Shown here: piece by piece, positions 46,811-55,553 of the stretch | Position numbering within the stretch: position 1 is the stretch's first letter | Layout of the letters: each line of letters starts with the position of its first letter | From: Candidatus Magasanikiibacteriota bacterium | GTDB lineage: Bacteria > Patescibacteriota > Patescibacteriia > Magasanikbacterales > GWA2-37-8 | DNA: 64,000 nucleotides | Assembly: GCA_041666745.1 (NCBI GenBank) | Contig: JBAYGI010000001.1 | Span: 91,095-155,094 of the forward strand | Direction of reading: 5' to 3' | Made by a program: the position numbers and the translations under genes | Notes under the pieces: model-generated | Database searches by the model: none | What the model saw: only the letters and a program-made list of their open reading frames with translations | What the model was told of the DNA's origin: nothing

Positions 46811-47680
46811 CTAGGAATCTTCTTTAAGAGTGTAGGCGGAATATTCCACCTTTCCAGTGTATTCACTGGTAAATATTTTTTCAAAGATCGGTTTAATGGT
46901 CGGCTTAACAAATCGATTGAAAAAACTAATTGCTTTACCGCCAGTCATTTCAACTGGCTTATTTAATTGTCGAGAACAAAAGAATTTCTTTTTGCCAAAC
47001 ATTCTTTTATCAAACATATCTTTTCCCAAGTATTTGCAGAAGTACGCACCCATATTGGTTACAGTATTCACCTCTCGTATTTTCACAAACCCATTTTTCC
47101 AATACTTCATCGCAAACCGTCTTTCCCACGCAAAGGTATCAACATTGTCGGGCAAGACAATGTTGCACAATAGGTGGTAATGAACAGATCCGCCCTTTTC
47201 TTTCTTGTTGCCGTAATAATCAACATCTTTCTGAAATTCAACGACGGCGATATATTCAAAGGCTGGTTTAGCTCGCAGTATTCGTTTCATGGCGGTGTTA
47301 AACAGGCGATTGGCCTCTAATAGCTCGGTTGTGCTTTCTGCAAAGGTTAGGGTGAGGAATTTACGCAGGTGTGGGTTGGCATTGGTGAGACGGCGAATGT
47401 TGGTTCTAGTACGAGATATGGAAAAGGTGGTTTTTTGATTTTGGGTTTGGTGCAAGTCAGCGACTTCTTGCTCGCAACCCCATTCTTCCACCAATTCCAT
47501 ATATTCAACGTCTTTTTGTTTGGCTTGAGCTTGTTTTTCTTTAATCAGTTCTTTTTGTTCATCGGTTCTATTTTTCTTTCGGGTGTATCCTTTGATTATT
47601 TTCTTTGTTTTATACACATACACCTCGATTTCTTTACCAGACTTTATTAGTTTAAAGTCATACAGTTCAATCATAGGCAT
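46811..47680 (-). CDS. rolling-circle replication initiator (HUH endonuclease, pC194/pUB110 Rep_1-like)
   Basis: Motif I FLTLTF, motif II HYHLL (HUH), motif III YFCKYLGKD with catalytic Tyr. Confidence 0.75.
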   Translation of the reverse strand: MPMIELYDFKLIKSGKEIEVYVYKTKKIIKGYTRKKNRTDEQKELIKEKQAQAKQKDVEYMELVEEWGCEQEVADLHQTQNQKTTFSISRTRTNIRRLTNANPHLRKFLTLTFAESTTELLEANRLFNTAMKRILRAKPAFEYIAVVEFQKDVDYYGNKKEKGGSVHYHLLCNIVLPDNVDTFAWERRFAMKYWKNGFVKIREVNTVTNMGAYFCKYLGKDMFDKRMFGKKKFFCSRQLNKPVEMTGGKAISFFNRFVKPTIKPIFEKIFTSEYTGKVEYSAYTLKEDS

Positions 47681-47699
47681 GATGTTGTTAAAAGAGCGG

Positions 47700-48130
47700 A
47701 TTACAATAGTAGCCTCATTCTGCGGTTAAATGTGTGCTTATAATCTAGTTAATGAGGCTAAACAGATTTATGTCAGTGCACAGGCCTGATACACTAACAA
47801 CGGGAATCTTTGTTTTCTCTTTTCTCCTTGGCAGGCAGCCAGTTTTTCGGGCGGGGCAACCGCCCGAAAAAACTGATCTGCACTGTACCCAAAGGTGGAA
47901 AGTAGATATAAAACAAAACACCTCCCTTAGTAGGGGGTGCAATCCTTCCCGAGCACAAATACAGTAGTATGTTCCGAGCGTTATATAATAGTTTCTCATC
48001 GGAACATTGTTATTATACTCTAATTTTTTAGAGTTGTCAAAGTTCGATAATAATGATTATGTGCGTTGTTAAAACTGGCAAATATAATGGAAATAATGTA
48101 TACTTTACGTTAAGTAAAAGATCGCTGTGT
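47700..48130. promoter_or_regulatory. non-coding region beside rep with strong hairpins; candidate replication origin (dso/sso) and divergent promoters
   Basis: Perfect 15-bp stem cagtttttcgggcgg-ggcaa-ccgcccgaaaaactg at about 47851-47885. 10-bp IR tagcctcatt/aatgaggcta at about 47711-47759. Confidence 0.3.
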
Positions 48131-48131
48131 T

Positions 48132-48929
48132 ATGCCAATTTTTAACGACTTAAATTTAAACGACTGGAAAAACTCGGAAATATGGACAGATAGTCTGTGG
48201 ATTATTTCAGAGAGGGACAAGTCGGGGAAACATAGTGGTTTTTACCATGGAAATTTTGTTCCACAAATACCACGGCAGTTAATTTTGAGATACAGCAAGA
48301 AAAACGAGGTAATTTTTGATCCATTTGTTGGAAGTGGTACAACCGCTTTTGAGGCGGAAACCTTGGGAAGAAATTTTATTGGTGTAGATATACAAAAAAC
48401 ACTTGTTGAGCAACTAAAAGAAAAAGTTGATAATAAAAAATATTTTTCAGAAATTGTTTTAGGTGATAGTTCCAAAGACGAAACATTTGACGAAGTCAAA
48501 GATATACTAAAAAAACACAAAAAGAAGAATATCGGTTTAGCGATTCTTCATCCGCCTTATGCCGATATTATAAAATTTAGTAATTTAAAAGGTGATCTTT
48601 CCAATACTAAAACTCTAAAAGAATTTTTAAATGGTTTCGGAGTGATTTTGAAAAATACGGTATCTATACTAGAAAAAGGTCATTATTTAGCCATAGTTAT
48701 GGGTGATAAATACACAAAAGGCCAATGGATTCCGTTGGGATTTTATTGTATGAATGAAGCCCAAAAATTGGGACTAACCTTAAAAAGTGTAATTGTCAAA
48801 AATATGGAGGGTAATAGAGCAAAACAGCACAAAGAAAGCATTTGGCGATACAGAGCATTATCAAGTGATTATTACATTTTTAAACACGAATATATATTTA
48901 TTTTTAAATATGAGCGAGATTCCATTTAA
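48132..48929 (+). CDS. DNA amino-methyltransferase (N6-adenine/N4-cytosine class)
   Basis: Motif I DPFVGSGTT and motif IV HPPY (a (D/N/S)PPY variant). Confidence 0.75.
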   Translation: MPIFNDLNLNDWKNSEIWTDSLWIISERDKSGKHSGFYHGNFVPQIPRQLILRYSKKNEVIFDPFVGSGTTAFEAETLGRNFIGVDIQKTLVEQLKEKVDNKKYFSEIVLGDSSKDETFDEVKDILKKHKKKNIGLAILHPPYADIIKFSNLKGDLSNTKTLKEFLNGFGVILKNTVSILEKGHYLAIVMGDKYTKGQWIPLGFYCMNEAQKLGLTLKSVIVKNMEGNRAKQHKESIWRYRALSSDYYIFKHEYIFIFKYERDSI

Positions 48930-49581
48930 ACCAAACACCACATCCTATAAAGATTTTGAGACATTAAGTGATCTAAAATGGCATTGTACTAAATGTGAAT
49001 TAAAATCTGGTCAAGCAAAAACTTGGCAGGTTTGGAGACAAGAAAAAGGCATACAAATGGATGTTGACGCAGATGGAAAGCATGCCGCCAGACTTTTTTG
49101 TAATAAATGTCAGAGCACAACTGTACATCGCAAACTTAAATCATTAGTTATAACTTCGGAAACAAAATCAAGGTCTGGCCTCCCGTCTTCTTTTACTAAC
49201 AAAGTAAAAAATTTATACAAAAATGTAGAGGCAATTTTTTTACGTAAACTTTCCCCTCGCCTTCTAGAAGTTGACCATAAATTTCCACAAGTGCGTTGGG
49301 GCAAGGATGAAGAAAAGAATAGCTCGGAAATGTCAGACGTAGAAATTAAAGAAAAATTTATACTTCTTACTCGTGATAATAATCTACTAAAATCGAGAGA
49401 ATGTGAAAGGTGCTATAAAACTGGAAAACGCGGATGTTTCCCAGGAATTAAATATTGGCATAAAGGAAAAGAAGATTGGGATAAGACGATAGACAAACAC
49501 GATAAAAAGGGGTGCGAAGGTTGTTTTTGGTATGATCCTTATAAATGGCGTGATGAGTTAAACGGTATTGTTAATAAATAA
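48910..49581 (+). CDS. putative restriction endonuclease partner (Cys-rich Zn-finger / HNH-like)
   Basis: Starts at an ATG overlapping the MTase 3' end by 20 nt (the track ORF is N-extended). Multiple CxxC pairs and a VDHKFP...W region. Assignment rests mainly on position. Confidence 0.4.
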   Translation: MSEIPFKPNTTSYKDFETLSDLKWHCTKCELKSGQAKTWQVWRQEKGIQMDVDADGKHAARLFCNKCQSTTVHRKLKSLVITSETKSRSGLPSSFTNKVKNLYKNVEAIFLRKLSPRLLEVDHKFPQVRWGKDEEKNSSEMSDVEIKEKFILLTRDNNLLKSRECERCYKTGKRGCFPGIKYWHKGKEDWDKTIDKHDKKGCEGCFWYDPYKWRDELNGIVNK

Positions 49582-49586
49582 TATGG

Positions 49587-49835
49587 ATGTTGTTAACAAA
49601 ATGCTTGTATTATATTTTCTTCTATGATATGATAATGATAGATAGATTTAAAGTTAAAGAGCTTATGTCTAAAAAGAAAATAGACAATTTTACCAAGTTG
49701 GCCAAAATGTTAGGTATTTCAAAAAACCAACTCTCTAATATTCTGTCTAACAAGTATAGACCAATAAAAAGCAACGTTGTTGAGATTGCAAAATTTTTAG
49801 GCGTCAATGCGTTAGATATTATTAAAAAAGAGTAA
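49587..49835 (+). CDS. HTH XRE-family regulator (likely R-M controller C-protein); true start probably the internal Met at about 49635
   Basis: Helix-turn-helix TKLAKMLGISKNQLSNIL, directly upstream of the second MTase. Confidence 0.55.
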   Translation: MLLTKCLYYIFFYDMIMIDRFKVKELMSKKKIDNFTKLAKMLGISKNQLSNILSNKYRPIKSNVVEIAKFLGVNALDIIKKE

Positions 49836-50914
49836 TGATTATGAATTACATTGGTTCAAAATTATCCTTGTTGACGTTTTTAGAAGAGTCTATAAACAAA
49901 GTTGTTAAGAACACAAAAAATAAAGTCTTTTGTGATTTGTTTGCCGGCACTGGAATAGTTGGGACATATTTTAAAAGAAAAGGATATAAAGTTATAGCGA
50001 ATGATATTCAATATTATAGCTATGTGTTAAGCCGTCATTATGTTGGCAATCATAATGAATTTTCTTTCTCAAAATTATTTCAAGAATTTCCAGAACTAAA
50101 AAATATTGAAGTGAAAAATAGAAAGAACTTTGTATGTGATTATTTGGCAAAACTAAAAGGCGAGAAGGGTTTTATCTATAATAATTATTGTTCTGGTGGA
50201 ACAATAAATAAAGCGGTAGAAAGATTATATTTTTCAGATGAAAATGGGATGAGGTGCGACGCTATAAGAAAAAAGATAGAGCAATGGAAAGTGCAGGGTT
50301 TAATAAATGATAATGAATATTATTTTTTGCTTGCTACTGTTCTTGAATCGGTTGATAAATACGCAAATACAGCCTCGGTTTATGGTGCTTTTTTAAAAAA
50401 GTTGAAGAAGTCCGCTCTTAACAGTCTTGTTCTGAAGCCAGCCGAATTGATTATTAACGACCAAGATCATCTTGTATATAACGAAGATATAAACAAAGTT
50501 GTTGAAAAAATTGAGGGTGATATTTTGTATTTAGATCCGCCGTATAATCATAGACAGTATGCATCAAATTATCATATTTTAGAAACTATCGCTAAATATG
50601 ATAATCCAAAAATTCACGGTAAAACTGGTTTGAGAGAATATGAAAATCAAAAATCTCTTTATTGTTCAAAATCACAAGTCAAAAAAGCCTTTACAGATTT
50701 AATCTTGAAATCTAAAGTAAAATATATTTTTCTTAGCTATAATAATGAGGGTTTGATGAGTGCAGATGACATAAAAGAAGTTATGAGCTTGCGTGGCCAA
50801 TACGGGGTTTTTACCAAAGAATATAATAGATTCAAAGCTGATAAGAGTGAAAATAGGGATTTTAAAGCAGAAAAAACAACAGAATATTTGCATTACGTTG
50901 TTTGTGAAAAATAA
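49835..50914 (+). CDS. D12-class (Dam-like) N6-adenine DNA methyltransferase
   Basis: YIGSK, DLFAGTG (motif I) and LDPPY (motif IV), in the order typical of Dam/DpnM. Confidence 0.85.
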   Translation: MIMNYIGSKLSLLTFLEESINKVVKNTKNKVFCDLFAGTGIVGTYFKRKGYKVIANDIQYYSYVLSRHYVGNHNEFSFSKLFQEFPELKNIEVKNRKNFVCDYLAKLKGEKGFIYNNYCSGGTINKAVERLYFSDENGMRCDAIRKKIEQWKVQGLINDNEYYFLLATVLESVDKYANTASVYGAFLKKLKKSALNSLVLKPAELIINDQDHLVYNEDINKVVEKIEGDILYLDPPYNHRQYASNYHILETIAKYDNPKIHGKTGLREYENQKSLYCSKSQVKKAFTDLILKSKVKYIFLSYNNEGLMSADDIKEVMSLRGQYGVFTKEYNRFKADKSENRDFKAEKTTEYLHYVVCEK

Positions 50915-50927
50915 AAAATGAGTAGAT

Positions 50928-52133
50928 ATGACAGATGCAACAACGCAAGAAGTACCTTTGAATAGTGCATTGAGACTTTTTGAAATAACAGAAGCAAATT
51001 TGGTTAAATTGGAAAGGTTGTGGAAAGAAATTAGCGATTTAACGCCAACTGGAATTGTATTTGGAAAAAATGATGAATATGAAAATAAGTGTAGATCGTA
51101 TTCTGAAATATTACCACACCTACCTAAAATCAAAGACTGGAAACCAACGGCTACTCCGTTGGATCTTGATGATGTTGCACAAATGAGGCTAGACGCCGCA
51201 GAATTACAAGAAATAAGCGTTACAGTTTCTACTGAAAACGAGGTTTCTTCGCCAGGGCGTGAACTTGGGAAATATCGATTTTTGTTAAACCAAAAAAGAC
51301 AAGAAATATTTCGTGATTCATTAGTTTCATTGATTGATTCTGTCGATGAAGATATTCGTGGAATTAGAAAATTTATTGATGTGTCAGAAGAAAAACCAGA
51401 AATTATGTCTGGGGATGAATGGGATCGTTTGCAGAGTAATATCGGGCAAATTGACACCTTGATAGGTAGTAGTACAGATAGGGCAAAAAGGTGGTTTGAT
51501 CTTCATAGACATTTGAAATTTGGACAATCGCAGGATTTTGATGATATTGAAAGAATGGATTGGCCTAGCGTAAAAAAGAGCCTTCGAGAAAGTATGTATG
51601 GCGAGAATGAGCCAATTCCAACTGATATTGATAATTTTGATGAATTAGTTACTAAAAAACCAATTGGGCAAATAGTTTCAAAATTGCAGTGGGAAAACAT
51701 AAGTCCAGAGGAATTTGAACGACTAATTTTTTCTTTGATTAGTAATGAAGAGGGTTATGAAAATCCTCAATGGCTTACAAATATCAGTGCCGCCGATCGT
51801 GGAAGAGATCTTTCAGTAGATCGTGTGTCTAGTGATAGATTGGCGGGTGTTATAAGACATAGAGTAATTATACAATGTAAACATTGGTTGAAAAAGAGTG
51901 TTTCGATTGATGATGTGGCAAGTCTACAGGCTCAAATGAAATTATGGGAACCACCGAGGGTTGATGTTCATATAATCGTTACAAGTGGGCGTTTTACTAC
52001 TGACGCTGTTTCGTTTATAGAGAAACAAAATCAATCAGATCAAGCACTTAGGATTGAAATGTGGCCAGAAAGTCATATTGAAATGTTGCTGGCCTCACGC
52101 CCTAATTTTATTGCCGAATTTAAATTACGATAA
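50928..52133 (+). CDS. restriction endonuclease with C-terminal Mrr-cat (PD-(D/E)xK) domain and a ~240-aa N-terminal domain of unknown function
   Basis: C-terminal EFERLIFSLI...GYENP...DRGRD...IQCKHW...V..DDVASL matches the Mrr_cat pattern. Confidence 0.6.
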   Translation: MTDATTQEVPLNSALRLFEITEANLVKLERLWKEISDLTPTGIVFGKNDEYENKCRSYSEILPHLPKIKDWKPTATPLDLDDVAQMRLDAAELQEISVTVSTENEVSSPGRELGKYRFLLNQKRQEIFRDSLVSLIDSVDEDIRGIRKFIDVSEEKPEIMSGDEWDRLQSNIGQIDTLIGSSTDRAKRWFDLHRHLKFGQSQDFDDIERMDWPSVKKSLRESMYGENEPIPTDIDNFDELVTKKPIGQIVSKLQWENISPEEFERLIFSLISNEEGYENPQWLTNISAADRGRDLSVDRVSSDRLAGVIRHRVIIQCKHWLKKSVSIDDVASLQAQMKLWEPPRVDVHIIVTSGRFTTDAVSFIEKQNQSDQALRIEMWPESHIEMLLASRPNFIAEFKLR

Positions 52134-52141
52134 AACTGTTT

Positions 52142-52200
52142 CAGTTCTGATAACGTCAATTACAACACTGCAGTTTGCAATAAAGTGAATTTAAACACTC
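52142..52200. repeat. degenerate att-like repeat copy A (inside the element, after the Mrr-like gene)
   Basis: cagttctgataacgtcaattacaacactgcagtttgcaataaagtgaatttaaacactc is alignable to the left part of the 52826-52920 site. Confidence 0.5.
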
Positions 52201-52218
52201 GGTATATTTTTCTAAGAT

Positions 52219-52806
52219 ATGGACAAAAAATTATCAGAACACATCTATTTCGCTCTAGTGATAACGGATTTTGACTACATTTCTGTTCGTCACTTAATGG
52301 CTGGTGCTTTGTTTCCTTCGGCTGGCGCTCTTGCAAACGTTGTAATAGACAGATACATAAAAATAGCACTTATGTCTGCTGGTAGGAATGATTTGATTGA
52401 CGTAATTAAAAAATGGAGAGGAAATAAAAGTCACAACGTTCCGGAGATTATGAAGTTATACAAAAATGAAGTGGGTGCGATTATTGAGTTGACCGTTGCA
52501 GAACAAAATATCCTAGATAATATCTATAAATGTTATTGTTTTCGCTATGTGGATGAGATGTTCAAGACGAAGGGGAGTTGTGAAATCCGCATGGCCGATA
52601 TGCATACCATCGATAAGGTAGTTTCTTTTTTTAGGAATAAAATTGAACTAATTTCGCCTCACTTGGGCAATACTATTATAGATGTTTTACTAAAGGGTGA
52701 TCCGCAAGCTGTAAGTGCATTAAGTACAGGGAATGTGGATTTACGTTCTGTTTTTCTGTTTGATAATCCATATTTTTCAGATGTCTCATCAGCAAGTGTT
52801 CATTAA
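52219..52806 (+). CDS. hypothetical protein (195 aa), cassette between att-like repeats A and B
   Basis: Complete ORF. No recognisable motif. Confidence 0.4.
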   Translation: MDKKLSEHIYFALVITDFDYISVRHLMAGALFPSAGALANVVIDRYIKIALMSAGRNDLIDVIKKWRGNKSHNVPEIMKLYKNEVGAIIELTVAEQNILDNIYKCYCFRYVDEMFKTKGSCEIRMADMHTIDKVVSFFRNKIELISPHLGNTIIDVLLKGDPQAVSALSTGNVDLRSVFLFDNPYFSDVSSASVH

Positions 52807-52851
52807 TGTTAAATATTAAATAGGCTCAGTTCTGATAACGTCAACCACACA

Positions 52852-52920
52852 CCGCAGTTCGCAACAAAGTGAGTTTAAACGCTCACTTTTTGCTTTTGTT
52901 AAGGGTAATTTGTCCAGTTC
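52852..52920. repeat. attR-like 69-bp direct repeat (preceded by cagttctgataacgtcaaccacaca at 52826-52851)
   Basis: 68/69 identical to 44844-44912. Confidence 0.7.
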
Positions 52921-53201
52921 AAACCTTGTAAATTTCTCTTCGAACGGTTTTATTTTTAATTATATAAAACAAATCCTTCACTAAAGTAAATCTTTAATAT
53001 ATAATATAAACAAATAAGCTACTATGATATGAAAAATAAACTTTTATTTTGGGTTTCGAAAATTTTAGCGATAATGCTGGGTATATTCTTTATTGTATTC
53101 GGTGAATTTGATGACAGTCCAGGACTGCAAGGAATTGGACTTGTACTCATTATTGTTATTATTGTTTCTATAATTAGAAGTAAGAAAAAAAATAATCTTC
53201 T

Positions 53202-53678
53202 ATGACTTTATACAAACACACTCAAATTGGATATTTGATGATAATTATCACACTGATTATATTGTCGTTTTTTATATGGGCTCAAATTACAGCCAGGGCT
53301 GAACCACCGTCGGTCAACTCTGGTACAAATTTTGCCGTTTCTTCTACAATGATATTAATTCTGTTTATCCTCGTATCGTTCACTACGCTAACAACGTCCA
53401 TTGATGAAAAATATCTTCAAATTAAATTTGGCTATGGAATTTTTAGGAAAAAATTTCTGCTTAGTGAGATAGTAACAGTAAAGCAAGTAAAGAATCATTG
53501 GTATTGTGGCTGGGGAATAAGATTCTGCTTACGGCCAAGGAAATGGATATATAATGTTTCCGGTTTTGACGCAGTTGAAATAGTTATGAAAAATGGGAAA
53601 GTCTATCGCATAGGAACCGACAGCCCAAATGATCTTGATACTGTAATCAAACAGGCAATAAGTTCTGTCCAGTTCTGA
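53202..53678 (+). CDS. hypothetical membrane protein (two N-terminal TMs plus a soluble domain); a ~43-aa hydrophobic upstream ORF (about 53083-53205) overlaps its start in an ATGA junction
   Basis: Complete ORF whose 3' end contains tgtccagttctga, i.e. the start of att-like copy C. Confidence 0.4.
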   Translation: MTLYKHTQIGYLMIIITLIILSFFIWAQITARAEPPSVNSGTNFAVSSTMILILFILVSFTTLTTSIDEKYLQIKFGYGIFRKKFLLSEIVTVKQVKNHWYCGWGIRFCLRPRKWIYNVSGFDAVEIVMKNGKVYRIGTDSPNDLDTVIKQAISSVQF

Positions 53679-53698
53679 TAACGTCAATTACACACCGC
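53666..53698. repeat. att-like repeat copy C (partial)
   Basis: tgtccagttctgataacgtcaattacacaccgc is followed by a terminator hairpin aatacgcca-ttttcg-tggcgtatt. Confidence 0.5.
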
Positions 53699-53935
53699 TA
53701 AGTTGTTTATACAAAATACGCCATTTTCGTGGCGTATTTTGTTTCTATATATATTACAAAATATAACTATATTTATTTCAAAAACAAAAAAGACCCTAGG
53801 AGTGTTCGGTATAAGCAATAAGTAAAGGAGGGGGTACTCACGCTCAACCAAACACTCTCAGGGTCTTTTTATTTTTTAGTAATCTAATTATAACAACCCA
53901 TTCCAATCGTGTCAAACTTTCGGGTTGTGGATAAA

Positions 53936-54283
53936 TTATTTTTTTACAGCTTCTACCAATTTGGCAAACACTGCAGGATAATTTAAAGCCAATTCAGACA
54001 ATACTTTGCGATCCATTTCGATGTTGGATTTTTTCAACAAGCTGATGAATTTACTGTAAGACAAATCGTATTTGCGAACAGCGGCATTCAAACGGATTGA
54101 CCACAATTGACGTGCGGTGCGTTTCTTGGTGCGACGGGATACGAAAGCGTGTTGACCGGCTTTCATCTTGGCCACCTTAGCTACTTTGATTTTGGATTTT
54201 CTTCCCCAGCGGAAACCTTTGGTGTGTTTCAATATGCCGGTTCTGCGTTTGCGGTGCAATAGACCGCCTTTAATTCTGGTCAT
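53936..54283 (-). CDS. rplT: 50S ribosomal protein L20
   Basis: Strongly basic 115-aa protein with the L20 pattern (QLWSIRLNAA...SYSKFI). infC-rpmI-rplT operon order. Large bidirectional terminator hairpin downstream at about 53795-53875. Confidence 0.92.
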   Translation of the reverse strand: MTRIKGGLLHRKRRTGILKHTKGFRWGRKSKIKVAKVAKMKAGQHAFVSRRTKKRTARQLWSIRLNAAVRKYDLSYSKFISLLKKSNIEMDRKVLSELALNYPAVFAKLVEAVKK

Positions 54284-54293
54284 AATTTAAAAA

Positions 54294-54488
54294 TTAGTTT
54301 GGTAAAGTAATTTGAATAACACGTTTTACAGTCGGACTCATGATTGTGTCGGATTTTTTGTTGCGTCCTACTTTGCCATTTTCACGGGAATTAAAATGGT
54401 TTTGTCCGCAAGTGCGTTTGATAACTTTTCCTTTTTTGGTCACACGAAATCTTTTCGCTGTTCCTTTATGTGTCTTTAACTTTGGCAT
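54294..54488 (-). CDS. rpmI: 50S ribosomal protein L35
   Basis: MPKLKTHKGTAKRFRVTKKGK matches the L35 N-terminus. Confidence 0.92.
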   Translation of the reverse strand: MPKLKTHKGTAKRFRVTKKGKVIKRTCGQNHFNSRENGKVGRNKKSDTIMSPTVKRVIQITLPN

Positions 54489-54497
54489 ATGTTTTAT

Positions 54498-54523
54498 AGA
54501 TTCCCGTTTTCACGGGAATGACA
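54498..54523. repeat. hairpin-ATGACA motif copy c (in the infC-rpmI intergenic)
   Basis: agattcccgttttcacgggaatgaca followed by the mini-ORF ATGACAATGAATTAA. Confidence 0.7.
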
Positions 54524-54528
54524 ATGAA

Positions 54529-55092
54529 TTAATTTTTTACAATAATAGTGGTAATTTTGTTGCCTTGTCTTTCGGTCATCTGTTCGAATCGGGTATTGAT
54601 TTCAGCATTTACTTCAGCAAGGAATTTTTTTAAACTTTCAAAAGCCAATCCGGCTTGTTGATTTTCACGTCCGCGTAAAACAATTTCTATCTTTACTTTA
54701 TCACCGGCGTTTAAAAATTTTAAAGTTTGAACTTTGCGAATATTTAAATCATTTTTTCCAATACGTAGTGACATACGAACCACTTTGGTATCTATCACAT
54801 GTTGGTGAGCTTTGCGAATACGCTGTTCTTTTTCTTGTTGGTAACGGAACTGTCCAAAGTCCATGATTTTGGCGATTGGTGGCTCAGCTTTTGGGTTGAT
54901 CACTACCAAATCCAACTCTTGCTCTCTGGCGGCGCGAATAGCATCGGCGGTATTCAATATGCCGAGCGAGGTACCACTGCTATCGAGAGTATAGACTTGC
55001 GGAAAAGAGATATTTTCATTGAATAGAAAATTCTTTTTTGGTTCTTCTTTTTTTCGTTTGTGTGAGATTCTCATAAAATTTGTTTTTGTCAT
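54529..55092 (-). CDS. infC: translation initiation factor IF-3
   Basis: LGILNTADAIRAAREQELDLVVINPKAEPPIAKIMDFGQFRY matches IF-3 core blocks. The start is ambiguous: ATG at 55090-55092 (inside a gggATGACAAAAAC motif) or at 55072-55074. The track ORF extends further upstream into the tmRNA-flanking hairpin. Confidence 0.85.
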   Translation of the reverse strand: MTKTNFMRISHKRKKEEPKKNFLFNENISFPQVYTLDSSGTSLGILNTADAIRAAREQELDLVVINPKAEPPIAKIMDFGQFRYQQEKEQRIRKAHQHVIDTKVVRMSLRIGKNDLNIRKVQTLKFLNAGDKVKIEIVLRGRENQQAGLAFESLKKFLAEVNAEINTRFEQMTERQGNKITTIIVKN

Positions 55093-55151
55093 CCCGACCG
55101 AGTGTCGCAACGAGTGGAGGGATCCCTCGGCTTCGCTCGGAATGACAGCTG

Positions 55152-55551
55152 TGGAGGTGGCGAGAGTTGAACTCGCGTCCAGATAATTTTGAATATACCT
55201 TCTACATGCTTAGTCCACTTAGTATTTAACTATAGAGATAATAGGTGAACGAAACTCTCTATGAGCGAGCCAGATTTACTTTCGGATAAAAATATCTGAC
55301 AATATTTTTAACCTACATCTCGTAAGTGACACCGCGATGTGCTACGAAATCTCACACAGACGATGGGAAGCGACAATTAAGCCGCAACCGGAGCAAAGTT
55401 GCAATAACTTCCGCCGAAGGCGTTGGCTAGAGCAATTTTAGCTTTTGAAAATAAGTTTGCACTTATAATTTGTTTTAGGGATTTATGAGGTCCAAAACAT
55501 CCTCAGCATGCGAGTGTACGCAGAAACTTCTGTCAAAAGCACGGCACCCCC
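55152..55551 (-). ncRNA. ssrA: tmRNA (ssrA), about 400 nt, 3' CCA not encoded; putative tag ANLFSKAKIALANAFGGSYCNFAPVAA
   Basis: 5' GGGGGTG pairs with 3' CACCTCC. The 3' tRNA-like end ctaagcatgtag...GGACGCGAGTTCAACTCTCGCCACCTCCA is nearly identical to the E. coli tmRNA 3' region. The resume context TAAGT-GCAAAC resembles E. coli TAGTC-GCAAAC, and the reading frame ends GCGGCTTAA. The gene starts 2 nt after the smpB stop. Confidence 0.85.
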
Positions 55552-55553
55552 GT

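Larger units (their letters stand above)
44844..52920. mobile_element. integrative element of about 8.1 kb inserted at the 3' end of tRNA-Asp, bounded by 69-bp direct repeats; carries a serine recombinase, an RCR Rep and two R-M modules
   Basis: Direct repeats 44844-44912 and 52852-52920 (68/69 identical) begin with the last 3 nt of the tRNA. The recombinase gene abuts and overlaps the tRNA. Confidence 0.65.

Noticed and set aside
46558-46827. Small ORFs between the recombinase and Rep genes (46558-46827 +, 46583-46765 -)
   Set aside because: They overlap each other on opposite strands and neither has an RBS or motifs. The minus-strand 60-aa one is co-directional with its neighbours and could be a real small protein, but evidence is insufficient to call.
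55090-55110. Track start of infC at 55110 (MRHSVG...)
   Set aside because: The extension runs into the hairpin that directly flanks the tmRNA 3' end. ATG codons at 55090-55092 or 55072-55074 give IF-3 N-termini of normal length. AUU/AUA-type alternative starts cannot be excluded.
55280-55420. Alternative tmRNA tag frame starting at GCC AAC (ANAFGGSYCNFAPVAA)
   Set aside because: The upstream GCA AAC codon has the better match to the conserved resume-codon context (UA-R-N-N before GCA, as in E. coli UAGUC-GCA). Both frames end at the same UAA. This is left as an open alternative and not excluded.
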